From IMG/VR virus record IMGVR_UViG_3300017978_000066, positions 1-25,418 of that record: a stretch of 25,418 nucleotides of DNA; one strand, written 5' to 3'. The translations under genes and the position numbers were made by a program. Positions 15,973 through 25,172 of the stretch are shown here, piece by piece (the stretch's first letter is position 1; each line of letters begins with the position of its first letter). The notes beneath the pieces were generated by a model. That model was not told the origin of the DNA. It made no database searches and saw nothing but the letters and a program-made list of their open reading frames with translations. This stretch comes from a virus (lineage: Duplodnaviria; Caudoviricetes).

Positions 15973-18900
15973 ATGTTTCAAGATCTAGACCTACAAAATC
16001 ACCTAGAAACTAGTTCTACAATTAGAACTCAGCTAGCCGCATTTGCCGAGTGGAACATGAACATTGCAGAAAACATTGCCATTATAGGTAACTATAGGTA
16101 TCGACCAACTGAGACCCCTGGGTCAAAGTTTGGACTCCCACTAAACTCTTTCGATCCAAATGATAGTGGTGGGTTTTACACTGGTGCAACAGATGCCGAT
16201 ATCGTTATTGATGGAGGTCTTGAGGATGATGACACTCCAGCCGTATTTAAGTCTAAAAAAGAAAAAGAGGCACAGCTATATTCGCTAGAAGAATGCTTTG
16301 GTAGATTTAGACCACGGTCTGGAATTAATAAACTAAGATACTTTCAGGACAGGTATACTCATCATACAAATATAAACATGATCCGCAGGCCTAGATACTA
16401 CATGGCTCACAAGGATGACAGTTTTAAGTACTGGTCTTCTTATAGAACAGAGGTAGACGAGAATGATGTACTGCATGAGCGTGGAATTGCAAACAAGCTA
16501 AGAAACGGTCAGCACTATATTGATGACGCAGCACCATTTGTTGTTTATAAGAACCTAGTTCCCACAAACAGGATTGTCGTTAAGATGCAAACCAATGTGG
16601 GTGAGATAGACCTGGGTCCTTTTAGAAATCAGGTTGGCTCATTCGCAGACCCATTTTTTGGAGATCGAAACAAAACTACTCCAGTCAAGTGGAGGGTTCA
16701 AAGTCTAAACGATAACAGTTGGGTAGACATTGTTTCCTTTAATTCTAATTCGTCTAGAAGGGATGGGTCTCCAGTCATCGGATCTGATGGATACGTTGAG
16801 CTGTCATACGGCCTAAAGATTCCAGAAAAGTATAGAGACATTTTTATTAAGGCAGAAGAGTACAGATCTGAAAGCTTGCTACCAGAGCAATCTATAAATG
16901 GGTACGCCTACCTAATCAAGAATAGTGATTCAGACATTGGAACATATCATATCTGGGTTCAGGAAATTGGCGATTACGAAACCTTCGTTCCAAACTATGG
17001 ATGGTACTTGGAGGAAGGCTCTGTAGACAGGCTAACCAACTTTGTTACCAACCTAACTGAGCCAAGCACTTTTACGGATCCTTCTACTGGACAGACTTAC
17101 TACAGAGAGTTCCAGGAAATTTCTGGAATAAGAATAGTTGTAGAGACCATGAACAAGGTAGATTCAATATTTGACCTTATAGAGCTATCGCCTAGATTGG
17201 CTGTTAATCTAACTGACAAGGTGGAATCTTTTAGTGTAACCAAGGCAGCATCAGATTTGGGAAATAGTGGAATGCCAGTTGGGCAACTCCTTGCTGGAAC
17301 GGGATCGATAACACTTTTTGATTACGACTTGGCATTTAGCTCTGTAAACAGCAGCAGCATAATTAAAAATCATTTAACTAAGAATATTCAGATAAAGCTA
17401 TTTGAAGCAATCATCGATGTGAATGGTTATGACTACTTCGTACCAATCAAGACAATGTACTCTGAGGGTATTCCAGAGTTATCCAGCAATGATAGGTCTG
17501 TGTCTCTAACACTAAGAGACATGTTTTTCTATTTTGAGTCCCAATCCGCACCTCAGATATTGATTCAGGATGCCTCACTTAGCTATGCCGTATCGCTGCT
17601 ACTTGACTCAATTGGTTTTAGCAACTATGTTTTCAAGAGGGCACCAGGAGAATCTGAAGCCATCATTCCATTCTTTTTTGTAGCACCAGGGCTAACTATT
17701 GCAGAAGTTCTAGAAGACATTGCAGTCTCTACACAGACAGCCATGTTCCTTGACGAATACAACAACCTAGTTCTTATGAGCAAAGAATATATGATGCCTT
17801 CAGAAGAGGTTCGTGGAGTAGACGTAACTCTGTATGGAACAAAAGATTTTGAGGTAGATTCAGCAATTAGCAATAAGACTACCAATCCAAAACTTTCAAA
17901 CATTATTGAGATAAGCTCTCAGCAAGATGATGTATTTAATGATGGATATATTTCATATACTACTAGATATATTCAGAGGTCATACGGAACAATCAGACAA
18001 GCATCTATGATAGACCAGGACAAGACCTGGATATACAAGCCTGCACTACTGTGGGAAGTATCTGGAACAGAGAATACACGATCTGTAAACGATGAAGTTG
18101 GAAATCAGTCTGCTTATGTTCTGGGTGCTATTCCACTACAGACTACGCTATCTAGCACGATTCCATCCGTAAGAAATGGTGTTGTGGTAGACAACATCAT
18201 GGATTTTGGCGAGGGTGCTTACTGGCTTACAAGGTATAATGGATACTTTTATGCAAATGGTGAAGTGTTAAAGTATGATGCAGTAGAATTTGAGATACCA
18301 GGAGTTCAGACAACAGTTCTGCAGACTAACACTAATGGTCAGCTATCCGCAGAATCAGTTTCTGCTGGGGGAATCGGTAGGGTGTGGATTACAGGAATCC
18401 GAGAGTACCAAAAATACTTCTCTCAAATACCATTTAATGGAAAGATGTATCCTACTGGGCGTGTAAGGATTTACTCGGAACCAAACTATGTGGTCGTAAA
18501 TGGCCTTGAGAGGCTCGCTGAAGGCTCAGTAGCTAAGCATGGTCGTGGTCAGTTTGGAACCCAGATTGTGGCTCATGAGGCAGGTTTAAACCCTTACTGG
18601 GCTAGTAACGAAAACGTCCGTGGGTGTAGCATGAGATCGTCTGAGCTATTTGGAAAGCAGTCAGAGACTCTAACAGTGTCTAGGGGAGCTGCTGGAGTAA
18701 GTAACTCATTTGCCACTGAGTCAGTGCGAACTGGTGTAATCAAAAACTTTTTGACCTATGATCCTCAAAAAGAAGTATCTGCTAACCAGCCTGCTATTGC
18801 TCCAGGAACAATTCAGTCATCTGCCTTTGTTGTGACTGGCCCAGCTTTTAGCACAACAGAAAAGCCAATAGACTTTATCTCTTATGTACACAAGCCACTT

Positions 18901-20355
18901 CCATCGAAGTTTACTCACTTTGGAACAAGGCTAAGAATCGTGGGAAAGCTTGAAAATAGTGAGGATAAAACTCAGTCGCCACTTGGATCATACACAGCAT
19001 ATATAGGTGAGCCAGCAAAGGCAAGTCAAAATGTTGTTATTTCTGGTGCGAGTGGAGGACTAGCAGTCCTACTAAATCCAGAGACAAATAATGGCTATTA
19101 TTTTGAGTTGGTTGCACTGAGTGAAAATAACGTAGAGTCTTATAACAATGCGGACACAATTTATAATATGATGTTTTATAAGATAATGAAGGATGCAAGC
19201 AATACGCCAGGACCTAAGCAGGCAGTTCCTGTTAGGTTGTGGGAAGGTCTTTCTCAGATACTCGTCGATGATGGAAAGTTTGCAGGGCAGTACAGAATGA
19301 CCGCTGAGCAGTATCCAACAGTATATGATGTTGCAGTTGAGTATCAAGATATTGGGTCAATAAGAAGATTTTATCTATACGTTAATAATAAGCAGGTGGC
19401 TACAGTAGACGATGATAGTCCGTTGCCAGTCTATAACAGTATGGCCCTGTTTGTTCGAGGCGGATCACGATTGATGTTTGAAAATGTTTATGCAATTTCA
19501 AACAACTATTCTCAGAATACTGCGTATGCACTAGACACACCAGTAAGTGCAGTCTTCGCAGATGAAGAGGTAAATGTAAATCAGTCCTTTAGAAAATATG
19601 CCATGAGTGGTGTGGTGCAAGCTAGCTATCTTGCTGGAATTAACCCTAGCGAGCCACCAAAATACAACATGTACTTTGAAGAGTTTGGAACTATCATGAG
19701 AGAGGCTGCATACTTTAACATTAGATATGATAAAGCATATCCTGCACTACACGCAAAGATCTCCCCAACCTTTAATGGAATTAAGGGATACACGGTTTCT
19801 GGATTTGTTGCCAGTGCTTATGGTGCAGAGTTCCTGGTATTTAATGCTACAGATACTGCACTTAATCTGGATGAGACTAGTGGAAACTACTTGAGAATTC
19901 AGGGTGTAACGTTTACACAAGAATCTCAACATGAGCTTACAGTAGATGAACACTTCTCAAAAAAGAGTGACTTCTCTAAGCCAGAATTTGAGGGGGCTCA
20001 GCTAATCTCTTATCCAACAAAGTCTAAGAAAGACTATCAGGATATTAAGGCTAGCAGGCTGAGCCAGGGCAAGAATGAGTTTGTCTTAGAGGCACCATAT
20101 ATTCAGAGCCACGATGATGCAGACAACCTTATGTCTTGGATGGTTTCTAAAATCATGAAGCCAAGAAAAAGCATAGGGCTTAAGGTTTTTGGAATGCCAA
20201 TACTTCAGTTGGGAGATATCGTCAAGGTGTCATACTCGGTTGATGGAGTTAGCCAGGCTGCTGAGAATGACGCCAGGTTTGTTGTATATCAAATAGATTA
20301 CTCGAATTCAGTAAGTGGCCCAGACATGCAAGTATTTTTGAGTGAGGTGAAGTAG
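15973..20355 (+). CDS. Large tail-tip / baseplate hub protein (1460 aa) with a probable ConA/LamG-like insert
   Basis: Second gene after the TMP. Hub-like motifs (TIAEVLEDIA...AMFLDEYN.L; C-terminal G.P.LQLGDIV.V). Beta-sandwich segment ~18820-19500 (GGL......GYYFEL...YDVAV...FYLYVNNK.V). Confidence 0.75.
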   Translation: MFQDLDLQNHLETSSTIRTQLAAFAEWNMNIAENIAIIGNYRYRPTETPGSKFGLPLNSFDPNDSGGFYTGATDADIVIDGGLEDDDTPAVFKSKKEKEAQLYSLEECFGRFRPRSGINKLRYFQDRYTHHTNINMIRRPRYYMAHKDDSFKYWSSYRTEVDENDVLHERGIANKLRNGQHYIDDAAPFVVYKNLVPTNRIVVKMQTNVGEIDLGPFRNQVGSFADPFFGDRNKTTPVKWRVQSLNDNSWVDIVSFNSNSSRRDGSPVIGSDGYVELSYGLKIPEKYRDIFIKAEEYRSESLLPEQSINGYAYLIKNSDSDIGTYHIWVQEIGDYETFVPNYGWYLEEGSVDRLTNFVTNLTEPSTFTDPSTGQTYYREFQEISGIRIVVETMNKVDSIFDLIELSPRLAVNLTDKVESFSVTKAASDLGNSGMPVGQLLAGTGSITLFDYDLAFSSVNSSSIIKNHLTKNIQIKLFEAIIDVNGYDYFVPIKTMYSEGIPELSSNDRSVSLTLRDMFFYFESQSAPQILIQDASLSYAVSLLLDSIGFSNYVFKRAPGESEAIIPFFFVAPGLTIAEVLEDIAVSTQTAMFLDEYNNLVLMSKEYMMPSEEVRGVDVTLYGTKDFEVDSAISNKTTNPKLSNIIEISSQQDDVFNDGYISYTTRYIQRSYGTIRQASMIDQDKTWIYKPALLWEVSGTENTRSVNDEVGNQSAYVLGAIPLQTTLSSTIPSVRNGVVVDNIMDFGEGAYWLTRYNGYFYANGEVLKYDAVEFEIPGVQTTVLQTNTNGQLSAESVSAGGIGRVWITGIREYQKYFSQIPFNGKMYPTGRVRIYSEPNYVVVNGLERLAEGSVAKHGRGQFGTQIVAHEAGLNPYWASNENVRGCSMRSSELFGKQSETLTVSRGAAGVSNSFATESVRTGVIKNFLTYDPQKEVSANQPAIAPGTIQSSAFVVTGPAFSTTEKPIDFISYVHKPLPSKFTHFGTRLRIVGKLENSEDKTQSPLGSYTAYIGEPAKASQNVVISGASGGLAVLLNPETNNGYYFELVALSENNVESYNNADTIYNMMFYKIMKDASNTPGPKQAVPVRLWEGLSQILVDDGKFAGQYRMTAEQYPTVYDVAVEYQDIGSIRRFYLYVNNKQVATVDDDSPLPVYNSMALFVRGGSRLMFENVYAISNNYSQNTAYALDTPVSAVFADEEVNVNQSFRKYAMSGVVQASYLAGINPSEPPKYNMYFEEFGTIMREAAYFNIRYDKAYPALHAKISPTFNGIKGYTVSGFVASAYGAEFLVFNATDTALNLDETSGNYLRIQGVTFTQESQHELTVDEHFSKKSDFSKPEFEGAQLISYPTKSKKDYQDIKASRLSQGKNEFVLEAPYIQSHDDADNLMSWMVSKIMKPRKSIGLKVFGMPILQLGDIVKVSYSVDGVSQAAENDARFVVYQIDYSNSVSGPDMQVFLSEVK

Positions 20356-20828
20356 TGGAAACCAGACCAGACTATCCATCCTCTCAGTCAGCAGACACAT
20401 CAGCTAATTCTGTAAAAATTGCAACACCAGACATCATCCTCATAAAAGATGAGGCTGTAGCAGCTCAAATTATGGCCGATCTAATTTTTCAAGACATCGG
20501 CGGCCAGGAAATAATCAACATTGCCAGAAGCGATATGATAAATGGTCAAAACGTTGTTTATCAACCAATTAAAAACATTTCTAGCCTGTTTTATCAGTAT
20601 AACCCACAAAACATTCTTGCTCTTCAAAGAACTGATAAGGATTATTTTAAAAACTTTGCTATTAGCCTGAAAGATAGACTTCCAGAATGGCCATACATAT
20701 CTGTCAATGATAACGGTGATCTTGTTATTGAGGTAGAAAATATGCTACCATCAGAGTCAGTTGAGGTTCAAACTATATCTGATGTAATCGTTCTAAATGA
20801 TACAATATATACTGAGGAAATTATATGA
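20355..20828 (+). CDS. Minor tail protein (GTG start)
   Basis: SD GAGGTGA at 20344-20350, TAG/GTG overlap, position within the tail-tip cluster. Confidence 0.6.
   Translation: METRPDYPSSQSADTSANSVKIATPDIILIKDEAVAAQIMADLIFQDIGGQEIINIARSDMINGQNVVYQPIKNISSLFYQYNPQNILALQRTDKDYFKNFAISLKDRLPEWPYISVNDNGDLVIEVENMLPSESVEVQTISDVIVLNDTIYTEEII
20798..20806 (+). promoter_or_regulatory. Possible internal extended -10 promoter (TGATACAAT) for 20825
   Basis: Same 9-mer as at 3958, 18 nt upstream of the ATG, with SD-like GAGGA in between. It lies within coding sequence, so it could be chance. Confidence 0.4.
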
Positions 20829-21991
20829 TAACTAATACTGGAAAAGGTATTTTAGCCAAGTACTTGCTTGGCCAAGCACCAGCCTATGCATCTTACATTG
20901 CAGTAGGGTGTGGACCGCAGGCACTTGAAAGCGGTTCAGCATTTACTACGCTGCAAAAAGAAGAATACTTTGAAAAGAATTCCCTAGACTTTGAAATGTT
21001 TCGTGTCCCGATTATATCTAGAGGTTATGTAAACGAAGATAACGTTGTTAAGCTAGTGCTAACTGCAGAGCTGCCAACCGAAGAAAGGTATGAGATCACA
21101 GAGGTTGGCATCTTCTCTGCTGGAGCTAACCCAGCTGTCGGAGCATTTGACAGCAGAATCCTTTACACTTTTGGCAGGAATGAAGGCTGGCAGTACCACG
21201 CAAATGGAATCGTAGAAGAGATTGAGTATGCCTTTGATGGGGGGCCATTAGATGGACTAAATAACGATAACATAATTTCAGTAGAGTCTCCAGTGTTCTA
21301 TACAAATGCCGATAACAGAATTTTTACTAATGAAGATAGGCTTCTTAGAAATGAGAGGTGCAGGTTTCTTAATGAGCTAGTCGCAATATCTGGAGATAGC
21401 TCTGTACTTCAGTTAGATGAAGATGCTGGAATGGTTGCATCCATTGGCAGTAGCCACATACATCTTACAGATGCAAGAATTAACCTAAATAAGAATGCAC
21501 CATCCGACGAACTTAGGTTCACCTTTTCTGTAATAAACAAGAATGGAAGTCTAGACGTAAACCCAGATAACGTAAAAATTTTAATAGAGTTCTCCTCATC
21601 AGACACAACTGCGACTGGAGAGCATGCAAGGTTTTTTGTTGACATAGATGATGAAGAGTTTAGCGGTGCAGCATCCGAGTCAAGAGACTTTTCATCAAAT
21701 AGATATTTTGTTGTATCTAAACAGCTCCAGGAGCTATCCTATACTTCTGCGTTTAACTGGGAGTCAGTCACAGTGGTAAAGGTCTATGCTTCTGTGTCGA
21801 AAGACAATGAGCCATCTTCGGACTACTACGTATGTTTGGATGGACTTCGGATGGAGAATCTTTCATCTAATAATCCATTATACGGCTTGACGGGGTATTC
21901 TGTAATTAAGAATAATGACTCTTTGCCAATTGTCAAAGCATCTAATACATCAAACTTTATTGAATTCAGGCTATCCGTGGGTGTTGAGTAA
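20825..21991 (+). CDS. Minor tail / baseplate-fibre attachment protein
   Basis: N-terminal MITN.GK..LA.Y...YIAVG.G...L..E.FR.PI...ITEVGIFS resembles tail-collar/fibre N-terminal domains. Beta-rich C-terminal part. Confidence 0.65.
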   Translation: MITNTGKGILAKYLLGQAPAYASYIAVGCGPQALESGSAFTTLQKEEYFEKNSLDFEMFRVPIISRGYVNEDNVVKLVLTAELPTEERYEITEVGIFSAGANPAVGAFDSRILYTFGRNEGWQYHANGIVEEIEYAFDGGPLDGLNNDNIISVESPVFYTNADNRIFTNEDRLLRNERCRFLNELVAISGDSSVLQLDEDAGMVASIGSSHIHLTDARINLNKNAPSDELRFTFSVINKNGSLDVNPDNVKILIEFSSSDTTATGEHARFFVDIDDEEFSGAASESRDFSSNRYFVVSKQLQELSYTSAFNWESVTVVKVYASVSKDNEPSSDYYVCLDGLRMENLSSNNPLYGLTGYSVIKNNDSLPIVKASNTSNFIEFRLSVGVE

Positions 21992-22413
21992 TGGCAACAA
22001 AAAAGGTTGTTATTCCTAGCTCAGACCTAATTCCAGTAGATGGAAGTAATCAGTATCTGGTAAGGTTTAGAGTGATCTCTGACGACAGAAACAGGTTTTC
22101 AGAGTGGTCTCCAATTTTTCCTGTAACTGGAACAGGTGTTGCAGTCTTGCCAGAGGCTAGGGTGGGCTACTTTATGGTAGGATCTGTCGTAAATATTGTT
22201 TGGGAGGGAGTACCAGCTGGATCAGAGTTTGATATATTTGTAGAAGCCGATGGCAACGACCCAGAGTATAAGGGAACAACATCAGAAAGCAGATATGTGT
22301 TTATCAACTCTGCAGAAGAAAACTATCGGTTTATAATCCAGAGATCATCAATAGCAAAAAACTATGACCCATTTCTACAAATATTTGAGTCTGAATTAAT
22401 CGACGTGGTATAA
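21991..22413 (+). CDS. Small virion protein, fibronectin-III/Ig-like strands
   Basis: Y.VRFRV......FSEWSP and V.I.W......F.I.V patterns. TAATG overlap. Confidence 0.5.
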   Translation: MATKKVVIPSSDLIPVDGSNQYLVRFRVISDDRNRFSEWSPIFPVTGTGVAVLPEARVGYFMVGSVVNIVWEGVPAGSEFDIFVEADGNDPEYKGTTSESRYVFINSAEENYRFIIQRSSIAKNYDPFLQIFESELIDVV

Positions 22414-22414
22414 T
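22406..22414 (+). promoter_or_regulatory. Extended -10 promoter (TGGTATAAT), leaderless geometry
   Basis: Overlaps the upstream stop codon. The hexamer ends 6 nt before the ATG at 22421 and there is no SD. Confidence 0.65.
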
Positions 22415-22420
22415 AGCAAT

Positions 22421-22873
22421 ATGGCAAACATCCCTCTACCAGAACGTGGTCAACCAGTAGACCTAACATATATCTATGCGATTGCAGAAGCTGTAAATCG
22501 TCTTAGCCAAAATGCAGTTTACTCAGCAAACAAGTTCCTGTCGGTTGATACACCTGGTGCAGGCGTTGGAAGACAGGACCTAAAGATTACGGAAAGTCGT
22601 GTCGTTGGAGCCTATGAAGAAGTTTCAAACTCCGCATCAAACCTACAGGGGTCTGAAGCGACATTCTTCCACAACTTTGAGGGTGCTGGATTTAAGTATC
22701 CACCAATTGTCACAGCTACTCCAGTTAACGTTTCTGGAACTGAGGCAGGTAGGGATGTCTCTGTAGTATTAACCTCAATTAGCTCATCCAGAGTCGATGG
22801 CGTAGTTCGATTTGGAACTTCTGGTGTTTCAACAGTTGGCGTGTCTCTGATCGCTATCGGAGTCCCTGAGTAG
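22421..22873 (+). CDS. Small tail fibre-like protein with an H-type-lectin/gp53-like C-terminal beta-sandwich
   Basis: F...P.V.AT ... V..IAIG terminal pattern common in phage fibre tip domains. Confidence 0.5.
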   Translation: MANIPLPERGQPVDLTYIYAIAEAVNRLSQNAVYSANKFLSVDTPGAGVGRQDLKITESRVVGAYEEVSNSASNLQGSEATFFHNFEGAGFKYPPIVTATPVNVSGTEAGRDVSVVLTSISSSRVDGVVRFGTSGVSTVGVSLIAIGVPE

Positions 22874-22884
22874 GAAAACTTGCC

Positions 22885-23415
22885 ATGGCATTTGTAGACA
22901 TGGAAACATATAACAATGCTCCAGTAATTCCTGGAAGCAAAAAGGTTTGGTTTCTAAACGGCAGCTTAGTTCGTGTTCATCATTTAAATAAGTCTAATGG
23001 GATTATGTCTGTTTATAATATAACCAAAGATCAGATAGAGAGCTGTCTAATTTCAGACTTTAAGAAGAATAGGGAACGTGCTTATACAGTTGGAGAAACT
23101 GCACAGTTGGTAAATCGTCACAAGAAGTACTTGCCAAATTTAATGAAGCGTGGTATAATTCCACATCCAACAGGATCTCAAAAGGGCGGGGCAACTGGGT
23201 GGCAGGTAAGAAGCTATTACTCTGAATCACAAGTAAGAGATATTCGTGATATACTTGCATCCTACCACATGGGTAGGCCAAGAAAAGATAAGCTAATTAC
23301 TAACGACATAACTCCTTCATCACAAGAGTTGACACGGAGAATGGGCGATGGTATACTGACTTATACAAGGACTGATGATGGAAGATTCATCCCAGTCTGG
23401 GCAGAGTCAATCTAA
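22885..23415 (+). CDS. MerR-like helix-turn-helix DNA-binding protein
   Basis: YTVGETAQLVNRH...L....KRGIIP.P......R.YYSE..V..IR pattern of MerR/excisionase-type winged HTH, with an N-terminal beta domain. Confidence 0.75.
   Translation: MAFVDMETYNNAPVIPGSKKVWFLNGSLVRVHHLNKSNGIMSVYNITKDQIESCLISDFKKNRERAYTVGETAQLVNRHKKYLPNLMKRGIIPHPTGSQKGGATGWQVRSYYSESQVRDIRDILASYHMGRPRKDKLITNDITPSSQELTRRMGDGILTYTRTDDGRFIPVWAESI
23131..23159 (+). promoter_or_regulatory. Internal sigma70-type promoter TTGCCA-N17-TATAAT with extended TG
   Basis: -35 at 23131-23136, TG at 23151-23152, -10 at 23154-23159. Confidence 0.65.
23329..23357 (+). promoter_or_regulatory. Internal sigma70-type promoter TTGACA-N17-TATACT with extended TG
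   Basis: -35 at 23329-23334, TG at 23349-23350, -10 at 23352-23357, about 70 nt upstream of the next gene. Confidence 0.75.
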
Positions 23416-23428
23416 GAAAGAGATGGGT

Positions 23429-23638
23429 ATGAATAACGAAGAGACAAAGGTAACAGTTGGTTTGGGCTATACGCTAAACCTAGGAAATTTTCAGTCGCTT
23501 AGAATCGATCTAAGCGTTAGCGACAACAAGCGAGACGGCGAAAACATCAACGATGCTTTTGATAGAGTCTACTCATTTGTTGAAGAAAAGCTATCAAGCA
23601 AGGTCAAGGAAGCATCTGCTGAGGTAGAGGCAAAGTAA
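23429..23638 (+). CDS. Small hypothetical phage protein (69 aa; ...GYTLNLGNFQSLRID...)
   Basis: Start moved from the ORF-track 23375 to ATG 23429 (23423 is an alternative) to avoid overlap with the HTH gene. Purine-rich GAAAGAG upstream. TAA-ATG junction with the next gene. Confidence 0.7.
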   Translation: MNNEETKVTVGLGYTLNLGNFQSLRIDLSVSDNKRDGENINDAFDRVYSFVEEKLSSKVKEASAEVEAK

Positions 23639-23947
23639 ATGGCTGATCGCAAAGACCAAATGGCTTTGCTCAGCAAGTTTGAAAAGCATTATCAATTTAA
23701 GTATGATGCAAAGCCAAATTTAAATCGATGGGCTGAGGCCTGGGCTGCAGATGCAATCATAGATTCATATGGTTTACAAAAGTGCTACGAGATGCTAGAA
23801 TACTATTTCGATGTGCATTCAGCACCAACCTGGAAGAATTTTGCAGGGCAAATAAACAACCTGATAGATGCTAAGTCTCGCATAGATCAGGACAGCGAAG
23901 AACGTATTGAGAGACGACGTAGAGCGAAAGAGTGGCTAAGTGAGTAA
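23639..23947 (+). CDS. Hypothetical helical protein upstream of the helicase (possible loader or replication accessory)
   Basis: 102 aa, overlaps the helicase start by 8 nt. Function is inferred from position only. Confidence 0.65.
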   Translation: MADRKDQMALLSKFEKHYQFKYDAKPNLNRWAEAWAADAIIDSYGLQKCYEMLEYYFDVHSAPTWKNFAGQINNLIDAKSRIDQDSEERIERRRRAKEWLSE

Positions 23948-25160
23948 TACAGAAGATAGACTGATATCAGCAGTCCTTGAGGACAAGCAGGTGCATGTCC
24001 TGTTGCAGGCAAACGTTGACTCAATCTTGCGTACTCACAATGACATCTGGGAGTTTATTCGTAAGTATACAGAGACTAACGGATCTGTGCCACCAAAGAC
24101 TTTGGTAGTCGAAAAGTTTAGAGACTTCTCTCCAGTAGATGGCGTAGGGGCAACTAAGCATCACCTAGAAGAGCTACAGGCAGAATACCTACAGAGTAGC
24201 CTTAAGCAGATTCTTGTGGCTGCTGCAACAGATGTTCAGGATGGCAAGGGTGTTCAGGTCCTTGAATCGTTGATCACAAAGACATCAGAGCTAAAGAAAA
24301 ACACTTCTGTTATTCGTGACATTGATGCCACAGATCTTGAGTCTGCAGTAGCCTACTACGAAAACGTTCAGAAGCAGCAAGAGCTTGGAGTTCTTGGAAT
24401 TAAGACTGGTCTACCAGGATTTGACAACTATCTCCCATCTGGAATTATGCCAGGACAGCTAGGCGTGATGCTTGCCTACCCAGGTATTGGTAAGTCTTGG
24501 CTATCTCTGTACTTTGCGGTACAGGCATGGAAACAGGGAAAGTCTCCAATGGTTATCTCGCTTGAGATGAGTGAGACTGAGGTTCGTAACCGTGTATTTG
24601 CAATCATGGGTGAGGGTCTGTGGTCACACCGTAAGCTTGCCAATGGAGATATTGAGATTGAGGATCTAAAGCGATGGCACTCCAAGACTCTTGAGGGCAA
24701 GCCAGAGTTTCATATTATCTCTAATGATACTGGTGGAGAAATTACACCATCTGTTTTGCGTGGAAAGATTGACCAGTATAAGCCAGACTTCGTAATTGTG
24801 GACTACCTACAGCTGATGTCCCCAAACCAAAAGTCAGATAACGAGACGGTACGTATGAAGAACCTGTCACGTGAGCTAAAGCTAATGGCAATTGGAGAAG
24901 AAGTTCCAATCATTGCAATTTCATCTGCAACACCAGACGATGTTACAAAGCTAGACACTGTCCCTACACTGGGACAGACTGCCTGGTCACGTCAGATCGC
25001 CTACGATGCTGACTGGGTACTTGCACTAGGTCGTGGAACTAATTCAGACATTATTGAGTGTGTGTTTAGAAAGAACCGTAACGGATTTATGGGAGACTTC
25101 CTTGTTCAGGTAGACTTCGATAAAGGTTGGTATCGCTACAAGGACTTTGAAGATAAGTAG
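23940..25160 (+). CDS. dnaB: DnaB-like replicative DNA helicase
   Basis: Walker A AYPGIGKS, SLEMS, Walker B VIVDYLQLM, SRELK..A....VPII, DAD.V and RKNRNG arginine finger. GTG start. Confidence 0.95.
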   Translation: MSNTEDRLISAVLEDKQVHVLLQANVDSILRTHNDIWEFIRKYTETNGSVPPKTLVVEKFRDFSPVDGVGATKHHLEELQAEYLQSSLKQILVAAATDVQDGKGVQVLESLITKTSELKKNTSVIRDIDATDLESAVAYYENVQKQQELGVLGIKTGLPGFDNYLPSGIMPGQLGVMLAYPGIGKSWLSLYFAVQAWKQGKSPMVISLEMSETEVRNRVFAIMGEGLWSHRKLANGDIEIEDLKRWHSKTLEGKPEFHIISNDTGGEITPSVLRGKIDQYKPDFVIVDYLQLMSPNQKSDNETVRMKNLSRELKLMAIGEEVPIIAISSATPDDVTKLDTVPTLGQTAWSRQIAYDADWVLALGRGTNSDIIECVFRKNRNGFMGDFLVQVDFDKGWYRYKDFEDK

Positions 25161-25161
25161 G

Positions 25162-25167
25162 TATAAT
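25162..25167 (+). promoter_or_regulatory. Possible -10 element (TATAAT), leaderless geometry
   Basis: Directly after the helicase stop and 5 nt before ATG 25173. Lacks the TG extension (AGG-TATAAT). Confidence 0.4.
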
Positions 25168-25172
25168 GGTGT

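Noticed and set aside
15212-18240. TATAAT hexamers inside coding sequence at 15212 and 18235
   Set aside because: No correctly spaced TG extension or -35, and not adjacent to a start codon, so they are expected by chance.
23375-23428. ORF-track start at 23375 for the small protein
   Set aside because: It overlaps the HTH gene by 41 nt and adds a low-complexity extension. ATG 23429 (or 23423) after the HTH stop is more plausible.
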